Of a stretch of DNA of 64,000 bases, positions 29,568-37,995 are shown piece by piece. The DNA comes from Candidatus Woesearchaeota archaeon (lineage in GTDB: Archaea > Nanobdellota > Nanobdellia > Woesearchaeales > DSVV01), in the NCBI GenBank assembly GCA_018657385.1, contig JABHXF010000034.1, forward strand, positions 8,081-72,080, written 5' to 3'. Numbering within the stretch: position 1 is the stretch's first letter; every line of letters begins with the position of its first letter. The notes beneath the pieces were generated by a model. The model saw only the letters and a list, made by a program, of their open reading frames with translations. It did not search any database and was not told the origin of the DNA. The position numbers and the translations under genes were made by a program.

Positions 29568-29614
29568 TTCAAATGTAACTCCCTTAAGGATTAAATGATA
29601 TTAACAGAGAGTAA

Positions 29615-30628
29615 TTAAGTTATTTTATCAAATACTTGATTGAAATCAAGATTTTTTTCTTGAATTTCTTTACCAGATAACATATTAACGTCTAGTTTTA
29701 ATTCTTTAAAGTTTGAATCAATATAAGGTAACATTTTTTCAAAGGCTACTTTAACTTCTTCATCTACACCTTTCATATCGCCAATTAAAACAAAATTATT
29801 ATTAATTGTATGACCTAAAAAACAATTTTGACCTAAAGTATTATTATTAATTAATCTCTGAAAGAGAACAAGTAATTCATTATGTTTCTTATAACCCTTT
29901 TCATCTGCAAACTTGCTTAAGCCATTTAACTTAAAATTATAAACATTAAAATATTTATTTTCAGCAATGTATTTATTCAACTCTTCTAGGATAAGATTTT
30001 TATCAGGTAATTTTGTGATTGGATGTTTACCAATTTGAGTTGAATGTTTCAGATTAAGATTAATTCTTGCTTCTAACTCAAGTGGATCAAATGGTTTTGT
30101 AATATAATCATCAGCCCCAACATCAATACCATCTATTTTATCTTTAATTTCTCCTTTTGCACTAAGTATAATAACATGAATATGTGAAGTTAATGGATTT
30201 TCTTTAAGAATTTTACAAACCTCATATCCACTCATACCAGGCATCATTAAATCTAAAACAAGAAGATCTACTTTGTTCTTTTTTAAAACTTCTAAAGCTT
30301 CATTTCCTGAATATGCTTCAAAAATATTAAATTTATCAGAAGCTAAACTTAATTTAATAAGATTTACAACATGTGGTTCATCATCTACAACTAAAATATT
30401 TGGTTTCTGTTGTTGTTCTGTTAGTTTCCATAATTTTGCCTGAGCAACTTCTTGTTGTGTAACTAAATTTTGTGCTTGTAATACTTCTAAATATTTAGAA
30501 ATAGTTAACCTATTATGTTGAATTTGTTTAGAAATCTCTGTAGATGATGCCCCAAACTCTGTAGTTTTTAAAAATTGTAATATTTTATCTTTAATATTAT
30601 TGTTATTATTGTTATTGATGTTAATCAC
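29615..30628 (-). CDS. response regulator with an N-terminal winged-HTH, a central REC and an uncharacterised C-terminal domain of about 130 aa
   Basis: A poly-N start is followed by the HTH FLKTTEFGASSTEISKQIQHNRLTISKYLEVL. The REC is ILVVDDEPHVVNLIK...DLLVLDLMMPGMSGYEV...GADDYITKPF. The C-terminal domain has no recognised motif. Confidence 0.75.
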   Translation of the reverse strand: MININNNNNNNIKDKILQFLKTTEFGASSTEISKQIQHNRLTISKYLEVLQAQNLVTQQEVAQAKLWKLTEQQQKPNILVVDDEPHVVNLIKLSLASDKFNIFEAYSGNEALEVLKKNKVDLLVLDLMMPGMSGYEVCKILKENPLTSHIHVIILSAKGEIKDKIDGIDVGADDYITKPFDPLELEARINLNLKHSTQIGKHPITKLPDKNLILEELNKYIAENKYFNVYNFKLNGLSKFADEKGYKKHNELLVLFQRLINNNTLGQNCFLGHTINNNFVLIGDMKGVDEEVKVAFEKMLPYIDSNFKELKLDVNMLSGKEIQEKNLDFNQVFDKIT

Positions 30629-30756
30629 CTGCTTTATGAATAATTATTTATCTACCATTAGTTATAGTATCTCATTTAAGGATTTGTTATAACTTCAAAT
30701 TTAATATCAGATTAATATTTAGTTTCTAAATTAATTTAAACACTTAAAAAATAAAA

Positions 30757-31137
30757 TTATTTGGACATGTTTAAGTTTAATTTTATTCTCTTAACTAATT
30801 CCATTGGATCAAATGGCTTTGTCATGTAATCATCAGCACCAACATCAATTGCATGTAATTTATCATTCATTTGACTTTTTGCACTTAATATCAAAACTGG
30901 AACATTCCTTGTTTTAGGATTTTCTCTTAATGCCTTACATAATTCATAACCATTGACACCAGGCATCATTAGATCTAAAACAACTAAGTCTGGTATGCTT
31001 TTATCAATATGCATTAGTGCTTCTCTTCCAGAATAAGCACCAGTTACATTATATTTATCTTTGTTCAAGCTAAGCTTAATTAGATTTACAATGTGTGGTT
31101 CATCATCCACAATAAGTACATTTTTTCTTTCTTCCAT
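30757..31137 (-). CDS. stand-alone response regulator receiver (REC), paralog of the REC in 29615..30628
   Basis: VLIVDDEPHIVNLIK...DLVVLDLMMPGVNGYEL...GADDYMTKPF. Confidence 0.85.
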   Translation of the reverse strand: MEERKNVLIVDDEPHIVNLIKLSLNKDKYNVTGAYSGREALMHIDKSIPDLVVLDLMMPGVNGYELCKALRENPKTRNVPVLILSAKSQMNDKLHAIDVGADDYMTKPFDPMELVKRIKLNLNMSK

Positions 31138-31360
31138 ATTACCACCCCCTAATGGTTCTTGCGATAAACACTTATGATAAACATATAAGATAAACAGATA
31201 TTTAATTGTTTTGCTTATATTTTATATAGAAATAAGAAAAAGAAGGTAAAGGATTAAGTAAAGATGTAATTAAAAGAGTAGATAAAAAAGTAAATGACAT
31301 ACAAAAAAGGAAGTAATAATCAAATTAGTTAATAAAAAAACACAGAATTAATTAACAACC

Positions 31361-32443
31361 TTAGAACTTATTAATAATCAATCTGCCCTTCTTAGCATGT
31401 ATAACTACTTCATTCTTTTCATCAAAATCAGTTAAATTAGTAATCATTTCAGGCAGAATTATTCTTTTACTCCTTATTGTTAGATTTGTAATTATTTCTT
31501 GAGGTGTTGCATTATCTGTATCAACACCACATTCCATTAAAATATCCTTAGTATTAACACTATCTTGCTTTTTCTTTACACGCTTAGAAGCTTCTTTTGC
31601 TAAAAATTTAGCAATCTTATCAGCAAGATCTACTTTTGTTGCTTTAGTAATTCCTTGTAAACCTGGACTTAAATTAAGCTCAATTACAACAGGACCTTTA
31701 ACACTCTGAAGAATATCAACACCACAAATATCACAATTTAAAGCTTGTGCTGCCCTTACTGCTAATTTTTTTGTATGTGTATCAAGTTCAATTGCTTCCC
31801 CAGTTCCACCAGCATGAATATTTGCTCTTTTTTCTTCTTTAGCTGCTTTTCTCTCCATTGCTGCAACAACCTTATCACCAACTACAAAAGCCCTAATATC
31901 AGTTCCACCTGTTTCTACATATTCTTGAATAATAAATGGCTGGTTTAAAGTTGTAAGAGCATCTAACATAGAACTTGCACTAGGATAACTATCAGCAAAC
32001 ATAACGCCTTTACCATGAGAACCCTCTGGAAATTTCATTATAATTGGATAATTAATGTTTTCTAGTAAATTTTTAGCTGCCTCAGTTGTAGGAGTTAAAT
32101 AAGTTTTAGGCATAGGAATACCAGCCTGTTGTAGCTTTAATTGAGTTAATAATTTATTATGACCAAGAGTAAAAGCACTTGAACTAATTGGAAGATAACA
32201 TTTTGAAGAATATGTAGCAGTTATTGCCCTTAAAATTTGGGCGTATCTATGAGATCCTTTTGCATAGATACAATCATATTCACCTAATGGTTTATTATCA
32301 TACAAAATCTCCATATCTTTCTTACCTAATTTAACCTCTAAAGCCCTTACATCAATAGCATCCACACTATCAAAATACTTTCTCATTGCCTCTAAAGTCC
32401 ATTGTGAACTTGTACTTCCTAAACTTATTAATGCTGCTTTCAT
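31361..32443 (-). CDS. RimK-family ATP-grasp ligase (alpha-L-glutamate ligase-like) with a C-terminal extension
   Basis: ATP-grasp layout with KGSHRYAQIL, ...GSHGKGV... and ...IELNLSPG. Confidence 0.7.
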   Translation of the reverse strand: MKAALISLGSTSSQWTLEAMRKYFDSVDAIDVRALEVKLGKKDMEILYDNKPLGEYDCIYAKGSHRYAQILRAITATYSSKCYLPISSSAFTLGHNKLLTQLKLQQAGIPMPKTYLTPTTEAAKNLLENINYPIIMKFPEGSHGKGVMFADSYPSASSMLDALTTLNQPFIIQEYVETGGTDIRAFVVGDKVVAAMERKAAKEEKRANIHAGGTGEAIELDTHTKKLAVRAAQALNCDICGVDILQSVKGPVVIELNLSPGLQGITKATKVDLADKIAKFLAKEASKRVKKKQDSVNTKDILMECGVDTDNATPQEIITNLTIRSKRIILPEMITNLTDFDEKNEVVIHAKKGRLIINKF

Positions 32444-32476
32444 TTTAATGTTATTTTTATGTTATTTTTATTAAAT

Positions 32477-32851
32477 TTAATCTATTTCATTATCTGCATT
32501 ACAAGTATCAATTAAAAATTTACCTTGCCTTAACAAATCCTGACCAATTAACATTTTGTATTTCATTTTTGTTCTATCTGCGATAGTAAATTGAGTTTTA
32601 AGTTTCTTCCCTGCAATTGTAACTGAACCTTCAACAATAGGCCTTAATGTTGCACCATGTGCACTTTTAACCATCTTTGTTTTTAAAACTGGACCTAATC
32701 TCAAAGAAGCAGCTAGCTTAACATCAATTGAACTTCTAGTTGCACCAGTATCAATTCTTGCAATAATTTGTTTATTAGTTGTTTTATTTCCTGATAAACT
32801 TACTTTTTCATATAAACCAATAATCTGATTATTTTTAATTGATTCTGACAT
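32477..32851 (-). CDS. retropepsin-like aspartic protease domain protein (RimK-associated, PF05618-like)
   Basis: The D-T-G-A active-site motif ARIDTGATRSSIDV is present. The gene sits immediately upstream of, and co-oriented with, the RimK gene. Confidence 0.6.
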   Translation of the reverse strand: MSESIKNNQIIGLYEKVSLSGNKTTNKQIIARIDTGATRSSIDVKLAASLRLGPVLKTKMVKSAHGATLRPIVEGSVTIAGKKLKTQFTIADRTKMKYKMLIGQDLLRQGKFLIDTCNADNEID

Positions 32852-33053
32852 AGATAGAATAGAAGAGGATAATGTTTATAAAGGTTGTGGATGTAAAATG
32901 CTGTGTATAAAGTCCCTCTCCCAAATATGAATAAAAGTCATTATTAAAGAAAACTAATTCATTAATTATATAAAGTAAATTAAAAGATTCAATATTAAAG
33001 ATTGAATTGTAAATAATTAAAGATAATAACTAAAAATCAATATAATAATTAAA

Positions 33054-34586
33054 ATGACAGATTATAGGAAAATTGCAAAAGAAGCACTATGGGTTTATTT
33101 ATTAACAATGTTAATAATTCCCAGTGGATTCTTAGTTAGAATATTATATGCACATAATCTAAGTATTATTGATTATGGTTTATTTTATGGATTATTTGCA
33201 TTTTTTGGTTTTTTTGGATTTGTTAGAGATTGGGGATTAAGTTCAGCAACATATTTCTATGCGAATAACTATATTATACATGGACAAAAAAATAAAATTA
33301 AAACATTATTTTTTCTTAATCATGGATTTAAAATCATATTATCTGCCCTAATTGGAGTAGGGATGTATTTATTTAGAGGAATAATCACATCAGGAATTTT
33401 CAAGAATGAAGGCAATATAGGATATATATTTGATATTTTTATTATTTTTTGGGTTATAACAACAATATGCAAATCTAATTACATCTTTTTTAATATATTT
33501 CAAGAACAAAGAATTTCTAAATTTCTTGAATTTTTAAATTGGTTTTTAATAATAATCCTATCATTAATTGGGTTCCAACTTTATGAGGCATACAAAGTAC
33601 CAGTAGTAGCATATTTAATTGCAATGGTTGTTGTATGTGTATTATCCATGTTAATATTTTCAATCAAACATAATGATTTATTTAAAAATGATTTTTACAA
33701 GGGTTCAGATTTAGGAAAAGAAGTTTTAAAGTATGCAAGTGCTGTTGTCATAGGTGGTTTTTCTACTATGGTATTAGCACACATTGATTTATTTCTGATC
33801 CAATTAATGATTGGTGCTGAAAAAGTAGCATATTATTCATCTGGATTTGCTCTAGCAAGTTTATTGATGATGATTGTAACACCATTAACAATAATTATTC
33901 AACCATTATTTTCAAAAATTTGGCATCAGAACAACAAAGAAGAATTATCAAAATTAATTAGTTTTATCCTGAATAATATATTAATATTTATTCTGCCATT
34001 TTCTTTATTTTGTTTCACATTTGCAGTCCAAATAATAACATTAGTATATGGTTCAAATTTTATTGAATCTGTAATCATATTAAAATTATTTAGTTTTTCA
34101 TTTATTATCAAAGTAATTAATAGTATATTATTCTTAGTATTATGGTCAATTGGAAAACCAAAACAAAGTAGTAAAATATTAATTATTGCAGGTGTATTAA
34201 ATGTAACATTAGATGTATTATTGATTAGTGTAATGGGTAATGTTGGGGCAGTAATTGCTACTAGTTTCTGTTATTTGCTAATGATGGTTCTTTGTCTAAG
34301 AGAAATACTAAAAGAAATAGATATCAAATTCAATATCAGTGAAATTACAAAAATTTTATTATCCTCGCTTGCTTTTTTAATTATTGCATTTACAATAAAA
34401 GGTAAAATAATCATATTTGATGTAGGCATAGATAAAATTAATTTCCTATTAAATGGTGGAATAGTATTTGGAATAGCATTAATTGTTTATACAATATGTT
34501 TATTATTATTAGGAGTAATTACTAAGGAGAAAATTGAAATTGTTAGAAGTCTATTTAACTTAAGATTTAAGAAGAAAAATCGATAA
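33054..34586 (+). CDS. polysaccharide biosynthesis protein, Wzx-like flippase (MOP superfamily, 12-14 TM)
   Basis: Uniformly hydrophobic multi-TM architecture of 510 aa. Confidence 0.65.
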   Translation: MTDYRKIAKEALWVYLLTMLIIPSGFLVRILYAHNLSIIDYGLFYGLFAFFGFFGFVRDWGLSSATYFYANNYIIHGQKNKIKTLFFLNHGFKIILSALIGVGMYLFRGIITSGIFKNEGNIGYIFDIFIIFWVITTICKSNYIFFNIFQEQRISKFLEFLNWFLIIILSLIGFQLYEAYKVPVVAYLIAMVVVCVLSMLIFSIKHNDLFKNDFYKGSDLGKEVLKYASAVVIGGFSTMVLAHIDLFLIQLMIGAEKVAYYSSGFALASLLMMIVTPLTIIIQPLFSKIWHQNNKEELSKLISFILNNILIFILPFSLFCFTFAVQIITLVYGSNFIESVIILKLFSFSFIIKVINSILFLVLWSIGKPKQSSKILIIAGVLNVTLDVLLISVMGNVGAVIATSFCYLLMMVLCLREILKEIDIKFNISEITKILLSSLAFLIIAFTIKGKIIIFDVGIDKINFLLNGGIVFGIALIVYTICLLLLGVITKEKIEIVRSLFNLRFKKKNR

Positions 34587-34718
34587 TAAGTATAATTATG
34601 TATTATTAATGCTGAATTTGTAATAAAACTTTTAAATTGGATTGAATTACACCACAAAAGAAAGATAAGAACAATAAAGAGTATAGAAATATAAAATATA
34701 GAGACATAGGTTAGAATA

Positions 34719-36158
34719 ATGATTAAGAAAATATTATTAATAATGCCACCATTGAGATTTGAAACACCACCTTATTTTACTTATAGTTTACCAATTCTAG
34801 CAGCATCACTTGAAAAAGAAGGTTTTGAAGTAGAAATATTAGATCTTGAATTACATAAGACTATAATAAACAAAAGAGGATTAACAAGATTAATTTGTTC
34901 TAAAAAATTTGATATAATGGGTATTTCAGGATTAATTACATCATATACAACAGTTCAAATGTTAATGGATATTACAAGAAAACAGTTCCCTAAGAAGAAA
35001 ATAATTTTAGGTGGGGGACTAGCATCATCTGTTCCTGAACATTCATTAAAAGTAATGAAAGCAGATTATGTTGTATATGGAGAAGGGGTGATATCAACAC
35101 CAAATCTAATTCACGCATTAAACAATAATAAAAAATTAAAGAATGTTAAAGGAATATGTTATATGAGCAAAGGAAAGATGATTAAGACAGAGCCACAACC
35201 ATTAGTTAGAAATCTTGATGATCTTCCTAGACCAGCATATCATTTAATGGATATGAAAAAATATATCAACCATTATGATAAATTATCTGGATTTAGGAAA
35301 AACATGAGAATAATGACTGGAGTAGGATGTATTGGACAATGTACTTATTGTTTTAGAATTTGTGGAAAAGGATCATACAGACTATATTCAATCCCTAGAG
35401 TAATCAAAGAAATGAAATATTTTATTAAAAAATATAATATTAAACATTTTAATTTTATTGATGAAGAATTCCTAGTTGCAAAAAGTAGAGTAATAGAATT
35501 ATGTAAACAAATGAGAAAGCATAAGATTAATGTAACATGGAAATGTTGTTCAAGGGTTGATTCAATTAATCCAGAAATTGTCAAAACAATTAAGAAAGCA
35601 GGTTGTGTTATTGTTGGATTAGGAATTGAATCAGGATCTCAAAAAATTTTAGATAATATGAAGAAAAATGTTAAAGTTGAACAAACTAAGAAAGCACTTA
35701 GAATACTAAGAAAATACAATATGCCTCACGGCGGTACAATGATGTATGGCATGGTTGGTGAAAATAAAGAAACTGTAAAAGAAACAATCAGGTTTTGTAG
35801 AGAAATGGAACATGATGTAGAATTCTTTTGGACAACACCATATCCTGGAACAGAAATATATAATGATTTAGTAAAACAAGGAAAAATAAAAGATGAAAAA
35901 GAATTTTTTGAGAAATTATCTGATGCTTATCAATTTTTAATTAATTTAACAGAATTTAAGACTGATGAAGAAGCAATATATTGGAAAAAATATTTACAGA
36001 GAAAAATTAAAATCCCATTATATAAAAAATTATACATTAGAGTTAGAGATAAAGGTCTTTGGAATTTAGACTTCCAAATTTATGATTTTATGAAAAGACG
36101 TTTATTTCCAGAAAAGTATTTTGAATCTAAATATACCACTAAAAAAAGAGCATTTTAA
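34719..36158 (+). CDS. B12-binding-domain radical SAM enzyme
   Basis: An N-terminal cobalamin-binding-like Rossmann region (LLIMPPLRFETPPY...LAASLEKEGFEVEILD) is followed by the CxxxCxxC motif GVGCIGQCTYCF. Confidence 0.75.
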   Translation: MIKKILLIMPPLRFETPPYFTYSLPILAASLEKEGFEVEILDLELHKTIINKRGLTRLICSKKFDIMGISGLITSYTTVQMLMDITRKQFPKKKIILGGGLASSVPEHSLKVMKADYVVYGEGVISTPNLIHALNNNKKLKNVKGICYMSKGKMIKTEPQPLVRNLDDLPRPAYHLMDMKKYINHYDKLSGFRKNMRIMTGVGCIGQCTYCFRICGKGSYRLYSIPRVIKEMKYFIKKYNIKHFNFIDEEFLVAKSRVIELCKQMRKHKINVTWKCCSRVDSINPEIVKTIKKAGCVIVGLGIESGSQKILDNMKKNVKVEQTKKALRILRKYNMPHGGTMMYGMVGENKETVKETIRFCREMEHDVEFFWTTPYPGTEIYNDLVKQGKIKDEKEFFEKLSDAYQFLINLTEFKTDEEAIYWKKYLQRKIKIPLYKKLYIRVRDKGLWNLDFQIYDFMKRRLFPEKYFESKYTTKKRAF

Positions 36159-36219
36159 AGAATATAAAAAACATCTATAAACATACATAAATTTGATTTA
36201 AAACATTATAACTAAGGGT

Positions 36220-36894
36220 TTGAATATGAACATAAAAACATTAATTAAAATTTATAGAAAAATTGCTTTTGATCAACGTAAAGAGTATGATAAAATTGCA
36301 TTTAAGTATATGAAAAAGTGTAGAAATATTCTAGATGTTGGATGTGGAATTGGAAGATTTATTTCATTATCACCAAAAAGAATAAGTGGAATAGACCATA
36401 GTGATGATAGTATTAGAATATGTAAGAAAAAAGGTTATAATGTAACAAAAGCTAATGTTAAAAACTTACCTTTTGATTCTGGCTCTTTTGATGGGGTTCA
36501 TTCATCACATGTTATTGAACACCTATATCCAGAGTATGCATACGAAATGCTAACAGAACTTGTCCGTGTTTTAAAAGTTGGTGGAATCATGGTTATAAGA
36601 TCTCCAATGTTATATGAGGGGTTTTTTGATGATTTTACACATGTTAAACCTTATCATCCAAAAGCATTATTTCATTATCTAATAACAGAAGAAAAAACAG
36701 ATCAAACTACAAAAAGTCCAATTAATGCTAAATTTAAGCTATTAAAACTGAAATATAGAAGAGCACCATTGTTTTTAGGCATTGAAGATACTAAATTATT
36801 CTTTTTAACTCCTATTTTTAACTTATTATATGGATTTGGCATTAGTTCATTTAAAAAAACAGGTTATATGCTGATTCTTAAGAAAATAGCTTAA
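36220..36894 (+). CDS. class I SAM-dependent methyltransferase
   Basis: Motif I ILDVGCGIGRF and motif post-I ...GIDHSDD.... Confidence 0.75.
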   Translation: MNMNIKTLIKIYRKIAFDQRKEYDKIAFKYMKKCRNILDVGCGIGRFISLSPKRISGIDHSDDSIRICKKKGYNVTKANVKNLPFDSGSFDGVHSSHVIEHLYPEYAYEMLTELVRVLKVGGIMVIRSPMLYEGFFDDFTHVKPYHPKALFHYLITEEKTDQTTKSPINAKFKLLKLKYRRAPLFLGIEDTKLFFLTPIFNLLYGFGISSFKKTGYMLILKKIA

Positions 36895-36960
36895 ATTGTA
36901 ATTATGAGATCTGTATTTTTTATTAAATGTCCTTTATAAGAGAGATTTTATGTAATTAAT

Positions 36961-37115
36961 AAGGTTTTGAGTTATGGGTAATGTGTTTTGAGTTGGTTCT
37001 GTGTAAATCAGTTGTGAGATTTGGTTATGAGTTAATTAGTTTTTAGAAAAATGTAGTAATACTCATAACCACTTACTGATAACCAACTCAAGACATAAAA
37101 CTCATTACTCATAAT
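36961..37115. repeat. GT-rich/AC-rich imperfect palindromic element, copy 3
   Basis: The left arm GGTTTTGAGTTATGGGTAATGTGTTTTGAGTTGGTT pairs with the right arm AACCAACTCAAGACATAAAACTCATTACTCATA. It shares a 34/35 core with copy 2. Confidence 0.6.
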
Positions 37116-37247
37116 TATAACATATAATATAAACTACTCTATATATAAATATATATCTTCCATAAAGCTTATAAATAAAACTAGGTTCTTTCAGTATTGA
37201 AATGGGTGTGTAAAAGATAGAAAAGCAGGGATACCCATAAAAAGAAA

Positions 37248-37922
37248 ATGAATAAATTAGAAACATTTGAACAATATTTTGCAACTAGTACAGGAAGCAT
37301 AAACATACCTAGTATGATATTAGCTTTATTTCTAGCAGCATTACTTTCTTACATTTTAGGTAAATTATACATTAAATATGGCAGCTGTTTATCAAATAGA
37401 GCAAAGTTTGCAGGAAATTTCATGATTCTTACAACTACTACAACATTAATCATAAGTGTTGTTAAATCTTCATTAGCATTATCTTTAGGTTTAGTAGGAG
37501 CATTATCTATTATAAGGTTTAGAGCAGCGATTAAAGAACCTGAAGAATTAGCATTTTTATTCCTAACTATTGCAATTGGACTTGGTTTTGGTGCTAATCA
37601 ATTTTTAATTACAATCATAGCATTTGTAATAATATCATTTTTAATAATATTAAGACACTGGTCAAAGAAGAAAAGTGTTGAAAATAATATGAATTTAACA
37701 ATTAATAGTAAAAAATCAGATAAAGTTACATTAAAGAATATATCATTTGTACTAAATAGATATTGCACATCTGTAAATCTAAAAAGGTTTGAGAGCTCAA
37801 ATGAAATTATTGAAGCATCTTTCTTTGTAACATTTGATTCATTTAATGATCTTGAAAGAGTTAAAAAAGATTTAGAAGATCTATCTAAAACAATTAATAT
37901 TAATTATCTGGAAAGAGAGTAA
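37248..37922 (+). CDS. DUF4956-family membrane protein
   Basis: Characteristic TM pattern ...LGLVGALSIIRFRAAIKEPEELAFLFLTIAIGLGFGANQF.... The family typically co-occurs with VTC and CotH domains. Confidence 0.6.
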   Translation: MNKLETFEQYFATSTGSINIPSMILALFLAALLSYILGKLYIKYGSCLSNRAKFAGNFMILTTTTTLIISVVKSSLALSLGLVGALSIIRFRAAIKEPEELAFLFLTIAIGLGFGANQFLITIIAFVIISFLIILRHWSKKKSVENNMNLTINSKKSDKVTLKNISFVLNRYCTSVNLKRFESSNEIIEASFFVTFDSFNDLERVKKDLEDLSKTININYLERE

Positions 37923-37995
37923 TTGAAGAATTCCCTTAGACTTTTAAGAGAGATCATAAAAACCCAAATAGTTGATGATATAGGGTATCCAAAAA

